Shown piece after piece: positions 22,838-37,179 of a stretch of 64,000 nucleotides of DNA. The stretch lies in NCBI GenBank assembly GCA_964016885.1, contig OZ024742.1, positions 172,422,001 to 172,486,000 on the forward strand, read 5' to 3'. Each line of letters begins with the position of its first letter. The first letter of the stretch is position 1. Source of the stretch: Eledone cirrhosa. Its lineage: Eukaryota. The position numbers and the translations under genes are program-made. The notes under the pieces are model-generated. The model had not been told where the DNA came from. It saw only the letters and a program-made list of their open reading frames with translations, and did no database searches.

Positions 22838-25349
22838 ATGTTTAGTTCTCTTGTGTCTCACATTACATCACATGTGCGGTGTGTATTTTGCATTTCTGCT
22901 TAAATTAAAAACATTCAAGCTTAATGGCATTCTGCCTAGAATTACACATTAAACCGGGTGATATATTTCGTTAGAGGTAGAATCGCAATCTATAATAGAC
23001 TTGTGATATAGCTTCAATAGTTGAAAAATATTTTGGTATACATCATTGCCAATGTGGATTGAAGCAGCTTATATAAACAATCGAATAAGGATAACTGTTA
23101 GAATTGCCATAAAAATAACGATTATGCCGGATTCTCCGAAGATATCGACAATGAGCATTATTCGATTGTCTGAGCGTCCAGCTTCTGCAATAACTTTTAG
23201 GTGGAAGAGTAGTCTACGGACATGTATGAAATTAATACAATTTCCAACGAGAGAGCTACAATGTGTGACATTGCGACACTTTGAATTACAGGAACAATCA
23301 TTCAGACGGGTTGTCACACAGTTTCCATTTACTAAATTCCACATAGAATACTAATATCGATAATTAGCTATAATTTAGACGCATACTTATGATGCCAATG
23401 AAGACGAGCTCTGCTGATAGCGAAGAAGATATTGTAACCACTAAACTATGGTTGATTTAATTGCAGTAATATTAAGTACTCAATAGAAAAAGGCCTCAAA
23501 ATAACAATCAAAACAAAACGGGAGAATATATTTTAATGAGTACTTTATTACACTGGAAACACATTCTCAATAGTTAGAAATAATGACCATCCTTAAGTAT
23601 TACCTGTTCCCATCATCTTGAATATTATTGATCACTGTAGCTGTACAAACGTTTAATTACGGTGGTGCATAAAAGGAATGGGGTCCAATCTTTGGTTACA
23701 CTAGCTAAAATAACCCTAAATCCCATAATAAGAATCCATGGTCTATCAAAAACTCAATTATCTTTACGCTTAAAGTAAGTACTATTTTCCAAATATAATA
23801 AAGACGTCCTGGAATGAATTATAACACTAATTTCAAAATCAGAAGAAAAGACTAAATTTCTATGTTGAACTGAATAAAATTGCCGTTGTTTTAATTGTCG
23901 ATTTCGTTAAACCTGTTCATAACAGTGCAGTTATATTTTCATAAATATAAACACGTTTGATAAATTTCTACGATAATCACGTCAATATATATTTACTAAC
24001 TACATATATATAGCAATTTCTCGAATTAATGAGGTTCAGTTAAAACAACCATTCATAGAAATATTTTATCAAACCAAAGTGAATATTTTAGAAGAATTCT
24101 TGAACGTAGTTTTATCTGTTTCAAATCTTTACTGAAAGGTGTTCACATGAAAACTAAATATTACCATTTTTGGCCTCTTTGTTAGATCGCTCTATCATTT
24201 ATCGAATAACTTATTATTGCGACAATTTATATATGCCTTGCCGTCTACATGAAGACACACTAGAAGTGTGGATTCGTGTTCACACGAAGGAATCTTGGGT
24301 ATTTTATATTGCTTTATTATTGTAATACTGGGGTTTCTATCACGTATACGCCCCTGAATAATCATATTGGGTACAACCTACTGTGCGGCCTGCTGAATCA
24401 AGTTAACTAAGAGCTGGCTAGATACGAGGTTTATTACCTATCATATATATTAAGGTTAATGGTTAATATTTGGACATTATTAATTTGGCACTATGTGCAA
24501 TTGTTGTTTTATTGTCTAAAGTTCGTTCGACAGAAGTTTAGATGTTTCATAGAAAAGTCTTTTCATGTTAGAATGAATATTTTACGAGAATTTCCGCGCG
24601 TACATGTATCTTTTTCAAGGCTCTTTTGAAAAGTGAGAACTAAATATCAACTTGCTTAGCTCAAATAGATCGCTCGAAATATAATCTAATAATTTGTTAT
24701 GTGAGGAAATGTTCTCGTCCATGAACATATTTTGGACAATTGACTTGTTATAGATATATGATTTTACGTCTATTTCTCTTTATGCATTTTAGTTCTGCAT
24801 TTATGAAAATCCTATTTAACACCTTTGATAGCAAAAACAACTTGCATTGCTTCTACGATGCAAAACTTTATTTTAAAATGTTTATATTATCTAAAAGATA
24901 TTCCTTCATAAAACAAATGTAAAGTTATTTCTTGAGTCATGCTTAAATTATCGGATTATCATAAATAATATTATCTCATTAAGCCCTTGAAAAGTATTGA
25001 TTATTTTCCAGATTATTTGAAAATCATTAGAAATATAGTAACCGAAGGACTTAACACACCATGCAGAGTGTGGTTTGATAGGCATCTAAACGTTAACTTT
25101 ATACGAAAACTGTGTATTCTTAGCTGACTTCAAAATACTGTGATGAGCCAAATATATTTCAGCTGACTTATATTTGTTTTAGTTGACTAGTTAATATGTT
25201 TTCACAATTATATCATTATTCTCATTAATATTATACATGATTTATTATGTAATAAAATGAGTTCAGTAAACGTGTTAGTCCATACAAATTAAATCAATCC
25301 ACAGAGGGCCTACTTGGATAGACTCTTGTTTAGCATGAACGAACAGTTA

Positions 25350-25480
25350 AGTCGCCTTGCAAGCTTTAGGTACCACGTTCAATCTCACTTTGTGACATGT
25401 TGGGAAAGTGTAATTTACCATAGCCTTAAGTTTGTGCCTTGCACTGTGGGTGAAATTCAGTAGAGGGAATCTGCATGTAA
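25350..25480 (+). mobile_element. Decayed second SINE family (octopus OR2-like)
   Basis: GTTCAATCTCACT..TTGGGAAAGTGT..CTACCATAGCC-like..GTAGAGGGAATCTG resembles my recollection of the OR2 consensus. Confidence 0.4.
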
Positions 25481-27430
25481 ATACATTGAATGTATTATAC
25501 CTGTATCAAACAGGAACAGCCTTATTATCAGTAATGCCCTCTTGAACGAACAGAATAATGCAATTTCAAAAGAAAATTGTTAAATTCCTTGTACAGTTAT
25601 AGTGGCAGCAACATCTTGGTGACTTCATTGTTGCTAAGTGTTAAAAAATGGTGCTACAATTGTACGAACTTTCATAGTCTAATTTGTATTGATATTTTGG
25701 TATTTGGGAGCATATTTCCTGGAACATATGTCCGGTGAATTCCGAAAGCGTTATAACGCTTCATTTCGTATATTAAACGATTTAATGAAGGTTCATATCT
25801 TAATGGTTAGGGTGCTCAGTTAAAGAAGCTGAGTTTGTTACTCGGCAACCGGTTATGTCTTGGAGCAAGACGATATTTTTCATGTTGCTTTAATCTATTA
25901 ACCTGGCAAACATGCGTTGTACCGAAAATTCAATATACCAGCCATGTCGCATTCGTATCATGCTGGAGTTAAGTCGACCCATGTCAGAGGAAAGCTCAAG
26001 CATTTGCACCCTATTTAACGGGTTTGTTGTCCTGATGTCTAAGCAAATAGAACGCTCACAATCAGAACCGGCTAATGTGCAACCTACACAGCTCTCTGTC
26101 AAACACTATAAAAATGCACTTGTATGAGAATTTGAAATGTTTATTAATATGGAGAGGAATGGTCACTGCTAAAATTTCTTTTAGAATTCATTTAAAGCGT
26201 TATATCTCATTAGCTTATGATAACCTAATACTTTTATCTTCAATTCATATTAATATATCTATCTAACCATCAGAACACCCTCAAACAGCTAAATCATTCA
26301 TCCACTGTTTCAGTAAATATTCTGGAGAGGTATAACAAGAATCATGTCATACATTTTACACAAATATTTTATTCACGTTAATGAGCCTCCCAATACACAA
26401 GCCACACACACTAATGCAACGGGACGAAATAAAATTAATCTTACGGACATCAGAAAGCATTTTGTCACGAAGAACACTTTAGAAAACATTAAAGATATGT
26501 TGTGTGTGTTAACACCAATCAGTTGAAGTATACATTTCTTCTTTTCGCAAATAATTACTAATATATTCGACTACTATCGGCTACAGAGAGAAGAAATAAA
26601 AATACACTTTATTTTTAAAATATTTAAAACAACAAAAAAAAAACCAGATTTTTGGTTTGCATATGGTATATTAATACATGTACAATAAAATCGTAGTACA
26701 TAAAATCACCTCAGATTTTGGAAATAATTTTGTATTTTTCATTTATTTAAATTTATTTTCACACGCTTTCTTTATGCAAGGTTTATCGGAACATTAAAGA
26801 ATTTAGTATTTTTGCGTGGTGATTTTAAATGTACTGTTATGATAAATTCTACGCATTTGACTACTAAAATATTTTTACTTCATGGCCCCATTAAAAGTAA
26901 ACATTCTGTATTCCAAAGACACACATGTGTATATATTTTACATATCTATAAAATTAATGCGAATATCTGTGCGTGTATTCGCAGGTTTTCTGTTTGGAGC
27001 AAATATAAGTGCTGAGCTTAGCTATTAATGTAAAGAAACCGACAAATTAAGTATGTCTCTACAAATATACATATTGAAAGAACGACTGTTATGGTGTATC
27101 CGAGCTTCAATAATAAAATATTTTACAGGCTTGAATCTCATCAAAGATGCTTTGCTAAGTAGTTTCTATCATGCATTTTGTGATTACGGGTTCATATCCC
27201 ATTTTGCTTAATTAATTTGAGGTTACTATTTCGTAGATCGTAAACATATATATTTGGATTAAGTATACTTCAACACATCATGTCGTTATGTGGGTTCATA
27301 TCATTGGCAGTTTCGCAATTTCATTCACATGCGTATATTGAAAATACAGTATGAAATATACGCATTCAAACACATACTCACTAGCAAAACATCACCCCTA
27401 GGTCGGTATTTCTTGTAATACACACAGCAC

Positions 27431-27469
<39 letters not shown>

Positions 27470-27808
27470 CGCACACACACCCACACACAATTGCAGTGAA
27501 AATTCACAGAATTATATTTAAATATTATTTTTACTTTAATGAGACAGAATGAATTATTAAATAATTGTTGTAATAAATATAACCGGTTTCCACTGATATA
27601 ACACATTTATCAAATATTGGATGTCCAATATTGAATATTAATAACAATGTTTTTTATGCGTTCTGTGAGCAGTTCGAATATATGCGAGCTTTGTGTAAAG
27701 TATTCCTATTATATATATGTTCTTTATGAAGGTGTGTTGGTCAAGTGTAGGTGGGATTCCACGGGTTAGAATTCACACACAAGCAAACATATTCATATAT
27801 ATATATAT

Positions 27809-28095
27809 AGTATAAAAAAACGAAGAATCAGTGATGTATCTGGACTCAGTTTATTGCGTGTTACAATTGTTTCGCCGGCAGGTAGCTCGAGACATGATCA
27901 CTGTATGCATCTGGCTGATTCTACGGCAGCAGGTTCCCTCGGACACGGGCAGTTCGTTCGGAGCAAATTTTTTCACTGGGGTGTAATCACTGATTTTTCG
28001 TTTTTTCATACTATCCATACACTACTCTGTATGAATATTGAGTGCTAATTTTGACATACCGCCTAAGGAAGCACCATAGCTACCATTATACACAA

Positions 28096-28098
<3 letters not shown>
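27809..28098 (+). mobile_element. Fold-back PLE-like element family G with degenerate hammerhead (27857-27947, minus)
   Basis: Arms AAACGAAGAATCAGTGAT / ATCACTGATTTTTCGTTT; TACTC..GAGTGCT tail; (TA)n flanks. A related hairpin lies at 58069-58157. Confidence 0.6.
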
Positions 28099-28165
<67 letters not shown>

Positions 28166-28248
28166 ATATATTTTATCTAATAGTTCTTCAGACTTATATA
28201 TATATATATACTTACATGCATATATATATATATATATATATACATACA

Positions 28249-28316
<68 letters not shown>

Positions 28317-28703
28317 TTTCATAAACATCCTGTACACAACACATAATTATATGTGTATGAGGCTATAGTGGAACACATATATTAATATCTTTTTTAGTTT
28401 AAGCCCGGCTGGCTATAGCTCCGTATGCAAATGAGCTTCAGCATCTAGTATACATAGGCGAGGAATTTATTAGATTCTAGTTTATATATGTTTCAGCGGA
28501 AAGTATGTGGTTATGCAAGTTTGTCATCCGCTAACAAGTGAGAAACAATGTTGTCAGTTGCTTCCCCTGGTTTTGCTGTGACTAAATATGTATGGCGGCG
28601 GTCACAATCTTACAAATTTGATAGCGGAAGGCTGTGACATACTTTGTATAAATATCCTGTATACAGCATGTTCATATATGTGCATATCGTTATGTTGGAG
28701 CAC

Positions 28704-28784
<81 letters not shown>

Positions 28785-29542
28785 GTGTGTATACATATAA
28801 TTTTTGACATATATAGTGACATATATAGGTATTCTTACCCTTAAGTATTTCTACTAAATATCTATATGTATATTAGTTACATATTCTCCGAAGAAATGTA
28901 ATTTCGATATTCTATGGCCGTATAAAGTAATCAATTATCTAAAAAATTCAGATATCATAAGTTTGTGATTGCATGTTATATAATGCATTGAAATAGGTGT
29001 CAGAATTACTAATAATTATTAAGGAAAAAAATGTTGAACACCAATATCTATGCCTTAGTGATTTTCTCGCAACCCTTGACCACATATGTCTGCCTGTGTC
29101 TGTATAAATTCTTTTATACAATTGTTTATGGTTACCTATTTTAACGATCATATCGACACCAGTAGTTATATTTTTAAGTTTCGTAATTGTTTTTATTAAT
29201 CTTTCTTCTTTGTATAACCACAAAGTTATGGAATATAAACGCAGAAAAAGTTAACCGGACCCGGTTAACCACACAGATCTTAGATTCTGTAATTTCAGCC
29301 AAATATTTACTCATATGGTGTTCGTGAATTTTATTTTATCGTAGATGACACATATAGTCATATAGATATAGAGTAAACATGATATATAATATAAACATCT
29401 GACGTTTGCGTTGTTCAATATGATTATTATACAATATTGAACCCGTGAATTTAAGTATGTTTTAATATATTTTAGTATATCTTTTTTAACATTAAACTAC
29501 ATAATTTCTTTTCATTCCCATTTAATGACAAGTCTTATTTTA

Positions 29543-29726
29543 TAATTGTTTCTAATTTTGGCACGAGGCCAGCAATTACCCAGTACATTACTGATACTTT
29601 ATTTTATCGACCTCTGTATGGATGAAAGGCAAAGTTAACCTCGGCGGGATTTGAACTCAGACCGTAAAGGGACGTAACTATGCTGGAAAGCATATCCGAC
29701 CCTCTACCGATACTGCCAATTCACCG
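29543..29726 (-). mobile_element. SINE S1, full length
   Basis: Box A TGGCAGTATCGG, box B GTTCAAATCCC, 3' end AGAAACAATTA. Confidence 0.88.
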
Positions 29727-29975
29727 ATAATCACTAATTTTATGTTATGTTCACTTAAAAGTTCAATAGAGGGATGGCAGAAAACTAAACCAAGAGGACC
29801 ATGAACGAGTATCTGTCAAATAGATGAAACGGTGTAATAACGATGACAGTCAGTTTAATTACGTTACACATCATGACTGCTAACATTCTTATTCCACATT
29901 TTGTTGTATATATTTGTGTGTGTGTGTTTGATGAAGCATATATTGATGTGTATATATGTATATATATATATATAT

Positions 29976-30393
29976 GTAGGAGGTGAGTTTTTATTGTAGT
30001 ACAATAAAGCAATGCAGATATAGGATAAGAAGCACTCTACAATGTGTAGGACTGGAGTATACATAATATATAAGTTCAAAAGATGGTTAAAAGAGTTCTA
30101 TGTATTTTATTATGCGCATTTCAAAAACAAATATCATCATGCAATAATATTTGTGTTTTCATCAGATAAAATAGGAAGACATGATATGAAGGTTAAAAAA
30201 CACTTGTGTATAGTGCAGTTTTAAAACATATGTTAATTTAAAACTGCACTATTCACAAGTGTTTTTTAAACTTCATATCATGTCTTCCTATTTTATCTGA
30301 TGAAAACACAAATGTTATTGCATGATGATATTTGCTTTTGTAATGCGCATAATAAAATACATGGAACTCTTTTAACCATCTTTTGATCTTATT

Positions 30394-30398
<5 letters not shown>
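29976..30398 (-). mobile_element. Fold-back PLE-derived element family A (inverted pLTR + pLTR + unique tail) in (TA)n
   Basis: Inverted arms ~30062-30225 and 30237-30398; tail 29976-30061; homologous to 42259-42685. Confidence 0.8.
30105..30171 (-). ncRNA. Minimal type I hammerhead ribozyme (family A)
   Basis: UUUUAU-CUGAUGA-stem II-GAAA-UGCGCA-UA-AUAAAA. The plus-arm copy (30291-30357) has GAAA changed to GUAA. Confidence 0.8.
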
Positions 30399-30432
<34 letters not shown>

Positions 30433-30527
30433 ACATAGTTAGGTGAGTTTATTTGTTTATAATTATTACCTAATATCCTGGCAGCATCACAACTATATTT
30501 CTTAAACTAATAGTTATGTCTATCTAT

Positions 30528-30530
<3 letters not shown>

Positions 30531-30606
<76 letters not shown>

Positions 30607-30656
30607 TTATCTCTCTCTCTCCCTCTCTCTCTCTCTCCCTCTCTCTGTCTCTCTCT
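30531..30656. repeat. (CT)n microsatellite
   Basis: Read directly. Confidence 0.95.
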
Positions 30657-31242
30657 TCATATATTAGCATTAATGCCACCCCATTTCACTTTAAAGGCGA
30701 CAGTTATAATGTTTACCATATTGCATTCTCCGACTTGCATTATCAAATAAAATTCCTGATTTTGTGTTGGAATATTTCATTATTTCATTATTGCTTTGTT
30801 GATGCCAAAATAATAAATATTACAAAGCCAATGGAGAAACCTCATATTTCTGACAACAAATTATGTCTCCTCTATGACGACTAATATAGACTACGCTTAC
30901 ACTACAGCGCCGACCATGTTCAATATCGCCTATGTTATATTGCTATTATATCATATTGTATTATATTATTGTTAACCCAGTGGTTATATATTCATATCAA
31001 AAGATGAGCTAGTAATATTCTGTAGTGGCTAATGTCATCACATGTTATTGGATTATTTTCAAGTAACATCATATATAATATGACATTGTGTGTATCGCAT
31101 CGTTGCATGCAAATTGGTTTGTGTTGTTAATTATGTAATATATGTTGTATAATATGTATGAGGCTACCCTACAATTTAGAAATAGTAGTACAATCTACCG
31201 CAATGCACACACAGCGCTATTAATATAATAAGGAAATGTTAC

Positions 31243-31353
31243 ATGTGAAGAATGTAGGGCTAGATCTACGAATATGAAGAATGTAGGGCTAGATCTACGA
31301 ATGTGAAGAATGTAGGGCTATATCTACGAATGTGAAGAATGTAGTGCTAGATC
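31243..31353. repeat. 29-bp minisatellite, ~3.8 copies
   Basis: ATGTGAAGAATGTAGGGCTAGATCTACGA starting at 31243, 31272, 31301 and 31330. Confidence 0.92.
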
Positions 31354-31919
31354 ATTCTCAGTTGCAATGCTTTTAATATTTCCTCTCAATCTGACAAGGC
31401 ATTAAGATTGAAATTGTCCTCCGTCATATTCGAAAATGTGTTTCAGTTTTTCAGTCAACGGAACAAACTGTTTGTGTAAAACATGTGTTCATTTGAAGTA
31501 ATTATCAGGTAATTTCTGCGTAACACCGTGCGTGACAAAGTTGTCAATCTGAATTACAAGTACATTCCTCCAAAGGGATACAAACAGTTTACTTCTACCA
31601 ATTTTACTCACAAGCATATGATAAATAACACGGTGTGTCATCGAACCCGAGATCTAATGATAGGGAAGTAAGCGACTTTTTCACCCCACGTTGTAGGGTT
31701 TAAACCTACAGTTAGAAATGTACAAGAATAACAACAATAACAAGCAGCATTTTATTTAACAAAAAGTAAATAGAAAAAATGAAACAAAATTTTGAATTTG
31801 AAATAATCTCTCTTTTTTCATAGAATCAGCCCAAATGGCATTTGTTATTTGTGAAAATATCCCATATGCCACAAACACACACATATACGTACGTATATAT
31901 ATATATATATATTTATATA

Positions 31920-32136
31920 TAGAGAGAAAATTGAGGTTGGTAATGGCACATGGAATATATAAGAGACAGAATACTTTTTTGTGAAAAAACATATAATTTT
32001 ATAAGGTAAGGAAATAATAAAGGGTATACAATTATATGTTTTTTCACAAAAAAGTATTCTGTCTCTTATATATTCCATGTGCCATTACCAACCTCAATTT
32101 TCTCTATAAACTTCGTTTTGTGTAGAAAATTACACT

Positions 32137-32140
<4 letters not shown>
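31920..32140 (+). repeat. Fold-back element in (TA)n (~78-bp arms), no ribozyme core visible
   Basis: 31920-31997 is the reverse complement of 32031-32108; short unique tail follows. Confidence 0.8.
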
Positions 32141-32174
<34 letters not shown>

Positions 32175-32321
32175 GAAAACATAGGTAAGCATTAAAAAAA
32201 AGGATTTACTAACCACATTGTTACAAACTTGTGGAGTTACCCTAACCGTACGTAGAAACTGCCCAAGAAACTGGCTTAACCACGAACTGTATTACAATAA
32301 GCAATTTTCTGCTTTCCTACA

Positions 32322-32445
<124 letters not shown>

Positions 32446-33295
32446 CAGAAAGAGAGAAGTTTTTGTATTAGGATTTAATGTGGAAAAGTAAACAGAATGT
32501 AGATTTTTAAGTGAAACACCATACATGAATATTAAAAAAAGATACGCCTAAATGACTACATAGTGTAGGCATTTCTAATCTAAATCCTAAAGCCCAATCT
32601 TCATGTAACGAAACAGATTCATCGAAAATGCTGAATTCATGATAGTCTAATAAAGTTACACACACACACACATTATACATACATACATATATATACATAC
32701 ATACGTATACATACATACATATATATATATATATTTCGTTTCTGAATTTGTTTAGCAAGATTCTTTATCTGAAATCGTGTGTTGAAACCGATATTGTTAT
32801 ACTTTGGGAGGGTCATGTTGCCAATAAGAAACACAGGCACCAGTCGCTTTCACTTCAATTTATTATATATTTATAAATTTACAAATTTATAAATTTATAA
32901 ATTTCTGGTTGGTTGGTTGGCTCCACAACCAGATAGTTGTTTATATATAGTCATAGTCCTTTCGTCACACACTCTGTGACCTCTTCAGTGACTGGGGATT
33001 CCTTTCTTTGTTTCTGTGCCTCTCCTTTCTCTGCCCTACGCCATTTTGTTTCTGTGTGTGTGTTGTGTGCTCAGTTTGCGCATGCGCCACATCCGGGTGT
33101 CTGTGTGTGTTTATGTTCATTTATCTATTTGTTTATTTATTTATTTATTTACATGTTATTGGTTGGTTGTTTGTTCTATGTGTGTGTGTGTTTTCATTTT
33201 GTCCTTAATTGTAAGTTGTGATGTTGCTGTTCCACTCATATTTTCTATTTAATTTTGGTTGTAATTCTTTTATGTTTATTGCCTCTGTAATTTGT

Positions 33296-33545
33296 CTAAA
33301 CATTGCATCTTTTTCTGTGTGTAGATCCTATTTTTATTTCTATGTTCTCTAATTTACCCTTGTGTTCTATCTTAGCACGTTGGTAGAGTACAGATGATTC
33401 TTTATTATCTTGAAGGTCTTGCCAGTGTTCATTTATCCGTTCCCCTATACTACGAGCTGTCTCACCTATGTACACTATATTTTTGTTTCTACATTGTCCT
33501 TCAGTACATCTTATGCTATACACTACATTTCAAGTTTTACAGTTA
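33296..33545 (-). pseudogene. GIY-YIG endonuclease fragment of a PLE
   Basis: NCKT*NVVYSIRCTEGQC...YIGETARSIGERINEH...SVLYQRA. Confidence 0.88.
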
Positions 33546-33647
33546 ATATGGGGGCGCATGCGCAAACTGAGCACACAACACACACACAGAAACAAAATGG
33601 CGTGGGACAGAGAAAGGAGAGGCACAGAAACAAAGAAAGGAATCCCC

Positions 33648-33692
33648 AGTCACTGAAGAGGTCACATAGTGTGTGACGAAAGGACTATGACT
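33648..33692 (+). ncRNA. Minimal hammerhead ribozyme (family F); copies at 32949-32993(-), 48550-48592(-) and mutated 48698-48740(+)
   Basis: AGUCA-CUGAAGA-G-GUCACA..UGUGAC-GAAA-GGAC-UA-UGACU. Confidence 0.75.
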
Positions 33693-33876
33693 ATATATAA
33701 ACAACTATCTAGTTTTGGAACCAACCAACCAACCAGAAATTTATAAATTTATAAATTTTAAAATTTATAAATATATAATAAATTGAAGTGAAAGCAACTG
33801 GTGCGTGTGTTTCTTATTGGCAACATGACCCTCCCAAAGTATAACAATATATATATATATTTATATATAAATATAT

Positions 33877-33996
<120 letters not shown>

Positions 33997-34262
33997 GCAT
34001 ATTACATATGTTTCTATGCCGATCACCTCGGGGTAATATCGGGTCATGTTTCATCCTGACTCTGGAATCGGCAGCTCCTCAGAAAATGTGTACCCATGTA
34101 GACACGCGTCGAAGTGTGGTTGGATTGTCACACCGATTCATTAATTATGGCTGTCACATCTCTGCTAAATGAATGCCTTATCGTCGTATTCACCCTCTTA
34201 ATTTTTTTTTATGTGAAAATGTATCATTTCATTTATCAAACAACGTGTATATTTACAGTAAC

Positions 34263-34803
34263 AATAATAATTGTTTCTACTTTTGGCACAAGGCCAGCAA
34301 TTAACCAGTACATTACTGGTACTTTATTTTATCGACCCCGTAAGGATGAAAGGCAAAGTTAACCTCGGCAGGATTTGAACTCAGACTGTAAAGGGACGGA
34401 ACTATGCTAGAAAACATGGCGTCCAACCCTCTACCGATACTGCCAATTCAGGATAATTGTTTATACTTCTGGCTCAAGGCCAGCAATTACCCCAGTGCAT
34501 TACTGCTACTTTATTTTATAGATCCCGTAAGGATGAAAGGCAAAGTTAACCTCTGCAGGATTTGAACTCAGACCGTAAAAGGCCGTAACTCTATGCTTCA
34601 AAGCATGGTGTCCGACTCTCTATATTGTGCAGCATAAAGTTACGGCCCTTTACGGTCTGAATTCATATCGAGGTTAGCAATAATAATAATAATAAGTGTT
34701 TCTACTTTTGGCACAAGGCCAGAAATTATCCCAGAGTATTACTGGTACTTTATTTTATCGACCCCGTAAGGATGAAAGGCAAAGTTAACCGCGGCGGGAT
34801 TTG
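34263..34803 (-). mobile_element. Cluster of three S1 SINEs plus a short inverted fragment (34630-34665)
   Basis: S1 core repeated at ~34263-34450, 34453-34620 and 34678-34803. Confidence 0.87.
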
Positions 34804-34959
34804 TAATGACAACTTTATTTACTGCAATAATATAAAAAAAGAAAAGGGAAATAAAAGAAAAGAAAGAATAGGGAAATATAGAGAAAAAGAGAAAGAAAGA
34901 AGAAAAATGACAGGAAAGGGAAGTGGTGGGGATGACAAGGGCTCTGGTGTCGCGGAAGA

Positions 34960-36030
34960 GAGGGGAGGGGTGACAGGGAGATGATCAGGTTTGGGCCAAG
35001 GGCAAGAGGGCAGAAGTGCTTCGCCAAGCTGACAAGATGGCAAAAGCATTCCCGCGGACGATGGCCAGTGACATTTTTTTCCGTCGGGGAGCTTGCCATC
35101 TCCAGTTGAGATGGAAAGCCAGCTGCATCCAGAATTTTTCTCAATAGGTCTTGGAGAATGGTGTGTCGGGGCAACCGGTCTGCGCTGTGGCGGCAAGACA
35201 GAGGGTGCAGACCGAACTTATCAACAACGGCCTCGCCGCGGTGTTTATGTGGCTCACACATGCGGAGGCCAGGACGTTGGGCTACTCCGATGTGAGTGCA
35301 CTCAACATCAAAATGGGTACCGGGTGATGAGGAGGGCACCGAATTGAGCCACGTGCCGTATTTAGCTGAAAAGCGTAGTGGAGGCAGACTCGATCCGCCT
35401 GACAGAAGACCTGCAATTGACGTCGATCCCGTTACGTTAGACAGTAGTATACTGGGGCATAGAGAGGCTTTTGCCTGTCCAGTAGGCCAGCACCTGTTCC
35501 ATCTAAGGGGCCAGCTCAGGTTCGGCCGTCTGGCTGAGAACTTCGCTGATGAGAGTGGGCCAGGAGGAGATAGAGGAGAGGTAGGCAGCTAATGCGAGGC
35601 CACCGACTCTAGATGGGAGTGACGCCTGTCGCCAGCCTGCGTGTCGAAACTGACATTGCAGATTAGTTCCCACAGCATCGAGTGGTCGCGTCAATTTCCG
35701 CGACAAGATATGCATGGGGGTGGCAAGGTGCAGCGTGCAGCGGCAATGTGCGTTGGGGAGAGCGAAACAGTTCCTAAACAGGAAGAGCGCGGCATGAGCA
35801 TCAATGAGGCACAGCCTCTCTGCTAATCGGGTTAAATCCACGTGCTTGGTCTCGAAGCACTCTCTTATGGCTTTCGGGAGAATGAGGGGGCGGGGGGCGA
35901 GAATACAAGCGGCGTCCTTGGATGTCAGTCCAGCACCGGTCAGGAAGGGGTGGGAGCAGAGTATGGTCTTGCGAATTTCGGCTGTTAAATTGTATTTGGT
36001 CAAATCCCACTGGGGGAGGCGATCTAGAAC
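34960..36030 (-). mobile_element. Decayed CRE-clade non-LTR retrotransposon fragment
   Basis: Minus frames read DAHAALFLFRNCFALP, QASLPSRVGGL and CEPH...VDKFGLHPLSCRHSADRLPRH...AGFPSQLE, matching CRE RT-distal and zinc-finger motifs. Confidence 0.75.
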
Positions 36031-36235
36031 ACAGCAGCTTTTACTGCCATTTCTTTATCAAAATGGTATGTTATGCTGCTCACATACAGAAGCCATTCAT
36101 GCGTAACTGCCCGTCTGCAGAAAGACTGTGGTTATAGTGTTTGAAGTAATAAGGAAATAAATGAAGAAAAACAAATCTAACATATGGCATTACAAAGATA
36201 AATATACACCGATACAGAAATAAAGCAATGAAATA

Positions 36236-36426
36236 AATAATTGTTTCTACTTTTGCAAAAGGCCATCAATTATACCAGTGCCCGACTGGTGCTTTATTTT
36301 ATTAACACTGTAAGGATGAAAGGCAAAGGTAACCTCGGTAAGATTTGAACCCAAACCGTAAAGGGCCATAACTCTATGCTACTAAGCATGGTGTCTGACG
36401 CTCTACCGTTTCTGCCAATCTGCCAT
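36236..36426 (-). mobile_element. SINE S1 (diverged)
   Basis: S1 core and box A/B remnants. Confidence 0.82.
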
Positions 36427-36788
36427 AATACGGACATGGAGAATACGATAGTGCGATAACAACATAAAAGGATAAAATGAAAAAATAATAAGTAAAGAAT
36501 AAAAAATTATAAATAAAACCTTAGGTGCCAGGAAACCTATTCTGATATGTACCGGAGCCCAGGGTGTCATCTGTTACGTCATTTCTATATCATCCTATTA
36601 CATTGCTGGGGATCACGGTTGGCGTTGCAGTCAGGTGGGAGCCGGTTTCATGGCTCTCGAGTGATGGGGGCACAATAGTAGATAAGGCAGAGTTGGTGTT
36701 AGGGTCAGGGCGAGTCAGCTCAACCACCCTCCGCGGAGCTCCAAACTGCTGCTGGCGACGCTCGTAATCACGTATTAATTTGGAGTTG

Positions 36789-36972
36789 GTGGTGGATTGG
36801 CAGTATCGGTAGAGAGTCGGACGTTTTGCAGCAAAGAGTTATCGCCCTTTATGGTCTGAGTTCAAATCCCGCCGAGGTTAACTTTGCCTTTCATTCTTAC
36901 GGGGTCGATAAAATAAAGTACCAGTGATACACTGGAATGATTGGTGGTCTTGTGCCAAAATTAGAAACAACT
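36789..36972 (+). mobile_element. SINE S1
   Basis: TGGCAGTATCGG...GTTCAAATCCCGCCGAGG...CTTGTGCCAAAATTAGAAAC. Confidence 0.87.
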
Positions 36973-37126
36973 ATTTTGGAGTTGGTGCTTGCAATTTATT
37001 CACCCAAGTTGGGTGCTGTGGAGAATGAGGATTTTATAGTGTGCCGGTTAAACAGCTTATGGTATCTATGGTTAGTTGAGAAACACTCATCTAATGACAT
37101 AAAGAATATCACGAGTATGTTTGTAC

Positions 37127-37179
<53 letters not shown>

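Larger units (their letters stand above)
32733..33849 (-). mobile_element. 5'-truncated Penelope-like element (Neptune-like), family F: inverted pLTR + GIY-YIG end + pLTR + tail
   Basis: Arms ~32797-33085 and 33553-33848; VYSIRC...YIGETARSIGERINEH at 33296-33545; hammerheads in both arms; (TA)n flanks. Confidence 0.88.

Noticed and set aside
23046-23450. Possible host exon (Cys-rich plus hydrophobic stretch, minus strand)
   Set aside because: No recognisable family, early stops and no supporting neighbouring exons; needs RNA-seq or tblastx.
31243-31353. 29-bp repeats as a CRISPR array
   Set aside because: No spacers, no cas genes and a eukaryotic context.
33530-33545. In-frame TGA in the GIY-YIG fragment as selenocysteine (Naiad-like)
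   Set aside because: It aligns with AGA (Arg) in the 63.7-kb copy, not Cys, and the endonuclease is C-terminal.
36789-36872. tRNA genes at box A/B motifs
   Set aside because: These are SINE heads followed by the shared SINE body; no complete cloverleaf.
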